Positions 33,481-35,447 of a DNA stretch of 35,447 nucleotides are shown here, piece by piece. The position numbers and the translations under genes are program-made. How positions within the stretch are numbered: the first letter of the stretch is position 1; every line of letters begins with the position of its first letter. Below the pieces are notes generated by a model that was not told the DNA's origin, did no database searches, and was given only the letters and a program-made list of their open reading frames with translations. This DNA comes from Octopus bimaculoides. Taxonomy: Eukaryota. The stretch covers positions 4,804,531 through 4,839,977 of the forward strand of contig NC_069009.1 of assembly GCF_001194135.2 (NCBI RefSeq). Reading direction: 5' to 3'.

Positions 33481-33680
33481 AAATTTTCCTAACTTTTTCA
33501 TTCTCTTTTTTTTTTATCTTTTTCTCCCTGTCTCTCTTCTCTCTGCCATATTCTATACTTTACCATCTTCTATTTTCTACTTTGCATATTCTAATACCAA
33601 TATTTCATTAACTACAAAACTTTTAATAATGCTGTGTCTTGGGAAGGTCATTACACCAATACTAACAACAGATGCGCAGA

Positions 33681-33906
33681 TTCAATTTCACTTCTTTATT
33701 ATTAGTCAGTTGATTAAATATCTGACCAACTAATTTAATGTTTGTTTAATGTGCTGAGGTCGTTCAAAAGGCCATAAACAGCAGTAAAACAACATTGATT
33801 AACAAACAACCGACTGATTGTTTAACCAGCGCATTTAACAAACAATTGATTAGTTAGTTGGTCAGATATTTAACCAACTAACTATCAATAAAGAAGGGGA
33901 ATTGAA
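33681..33906. repeat. Inverted repeat (about 76-80-bp arms), MITE-like
   Basis: ttcaatttcacttctttatt...ttaaatatctgaccaactaa matches the reverse complement of ttagttggtcagatatttaa...aataaagaaggggaattgaa. Confidence 0.85.
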
Positions 33907-33959
33907 ACAGTGCATGCATTATTAATATTGGCATAATGATACTCCCAAGACGACGACGA

Positions 33960-34222
33960 CAACCCTATTTTCATCGGAGCATTGGGTTCAATACCACCCA
34001 ATCTGAAAAACACATCTGAAAACCTTAGAGAAACCCTACAATCTAGATGCATTGTAAAAGTCAGCATTACTTGGAACTGCACGCATATTGCGTAATGTAC
34101 TGTCTGTCTGAGGTCCTTGTTGGGACTTGACAAATAGTACAAACCCCCAGTAGACACAATATCTTCAATCAGCAACCTCATGATATTGAATACTGTACGT
34201 CATCTATAATAATAATAATAAT
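33960..34222 (+). mobile_element. Second R4/Dong-type element 3' end
   Basis: PIFIGALGSIPPNLK (frameshift) KSALLGTARILRNVLSV*, short 3' UTR, (TAA)n tail. Confidence 0.85.
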
Positions 34223-34560
34223 CATCATCATCATTGTTTAATGTCCGTTTTCTATGCTGGCATGGGTTGGACAGTTTGACTGCGGTCTGGAAAGCCAGTG
34301 GCTGTACCAGGCTCCAATCTGATCTGGCAACGTTTTTACAGCTGGATGCTCTTCCTAGCACCAACCACTCCAAAAATGTAGTGGGTACTTTTTACATGCT
34401 ACAGGCACAGGAGCCAGTCAGTCAGGTGGCCCTGACATTGTTCACATTCAGATAGTGCTTTTTATGTGCCACCAGCATGGGAGCCAGCATGGGGACACTG
34501 GCATCGGCCACGTTCCAATGGTGCTGTTTGTGTGCTGCCAGCACAGGAACCAGTCAGGCG
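34222..34560 (-). mobile_element. RTE 3' UTR fragment
   Basis: (CAT)n-tgtttaatgtccgttttctatgctggcatgggttggac...gctggatgctcttcctagcaccaaccactcc plus subrepeats. Confidence 0.8.
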
Positions 34561-34589
34561 GCCCTCAAATTTTGGCAAAAAAAAACATC

Positions 34590-34778
34590 AGCAATTTCAG
34601 GGAAAGGGGATTTGTTGATTACATCAACCCCAATGCTCAACTGGTGCTTATTTTATCAACCCCCAAAGGACAAAAGATAAAGTCAACTTCAACAAAATTT
34701 AAACTTCAGACATAAAAACAAACAAAATGCCATTAAGCATTTCGCCCAACGTTCTAACAATTCTATCAGCTCACCACC
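34590..34778 (-). mobile_element. SINE family B, diverged
   Basis: ctggtgcttattttatcaacccc...aaagtcaac...taagcatttcgccc...cagctcaccacc. Confidence 0.75.
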
Positions 34779-35021
34779 TTAACTTTCACTAATATTATTT
34801 TTGCCTTCGGTCACCTGTTATTTACACCTGTCTGTTGCCTGTCTTCAGGATTCTGTATTCCGTCTTGTTGTCTTTTGTCATTATTTCCGTCGTTTCTCAC
34901 TTGTCTTATGCAATTTCCTTCAGTCCTTGCCATGTCTTTTATATTTAAGAATCACTCATCCATTATCATTCATCGTGAATCTTATAAAATCACTCTTGAT
35001 TTAGCTGTCTCTGATATATTA

Positions 35022-35135
35022 CTTGTTTCACTCATTTGACTGTGGCCAAGCTGGGGCACCACCTTGAAGGGTTTTAGACAAACATATTGACCCAAACACT
35101 GATTTTCTCTCAAGTCTGGTACTTATTCTATCTTT
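35022..35135 (-). mobile_element. SINE family A 3' part
   Basis: ttacttgtttcactcatttgactgtggccaagctggggcaccaccttgaagg...ggtacttattcta. Confidence 0.75.
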
Positions 35136-35156
35136 AATATTTTATTTTTTAAAAAA

Positions 35157-35447
35157 AACCATTTTCCTAAAAGTTACGAGGGAAAAGCTCGTATTTTGTA
35201 AATTTTCTGAAGATTTTTCCAACAAATTTCTTAATAATCAAAATATATGCCGTTTGAAAGGTCGTTCTATAAAATTTCATTGAAAAAGAAACCCATTTTC
35301 CTAAAATTTATGAAGAAAAAGCTCGGATTTTGTGAATTTTCCGAAGTTGTCTGCCTACCCCCTTGAGAAAGATTTTCCCCATAAATTACTTCATAATCGT
35401 AATGTTTGCCATTTGAAAGGTATTTCTATAAAATTTCATTGAAAAAA
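35157..35447 (+). repeat. AT-rich tandem repeat (about 134/157-bp units), runs off the window edge
   Basis: ccattttcctaaaa...aaaagctcg.attttgt.aatttt...tttgaaaggt..ttctataaaatttcattgaaaaa occurs twice; the second unit has about 22 extra bp. Confidence 0.85.

Overview
This is a repeat-saturated eukaryotic scaffold segment, most likely intronic or intergenic, with 14 N-gaps totalling about 4.2 kb. The SINE/LINE families and very long (TA)n/(GAT)n/(CAC)n/(CTT)n tracts look like an octopod cephalopod genome; this is recognition from memory, not a database match. I cannot support any host protein-coding gene: the long ORFs in the track are translations of microsatellites or N-runs. The recognisable coding remnants all come from transposons: two RTE-type LINE 3' ends, an L1/Tx1-type ORF2 C-terminus, two R4/Dong-type restriction-like-endonuclease tails and two mariner derivatives. 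Several tRNA-headed SINE families are present in both orientations. The items most worth a second look are: (1) a 96-bp-arm palindrome carrying a Penelope-type minimal hammerhead core; (2) a tRNA-headed SINE whose tail resembles the same hammerhead module; (3) a variable-copy 66-bp double-hairpin array in the 3' UTR of the dominant RTE family; (4) a tRNA-like sequence clamped in an extended inverted repeat beside a perfect 48-bp palindrome; (5) several unexplained fold-back elements; and (6) a CpG-retaining, promoter-like island at about 16.4-17.3 kb.
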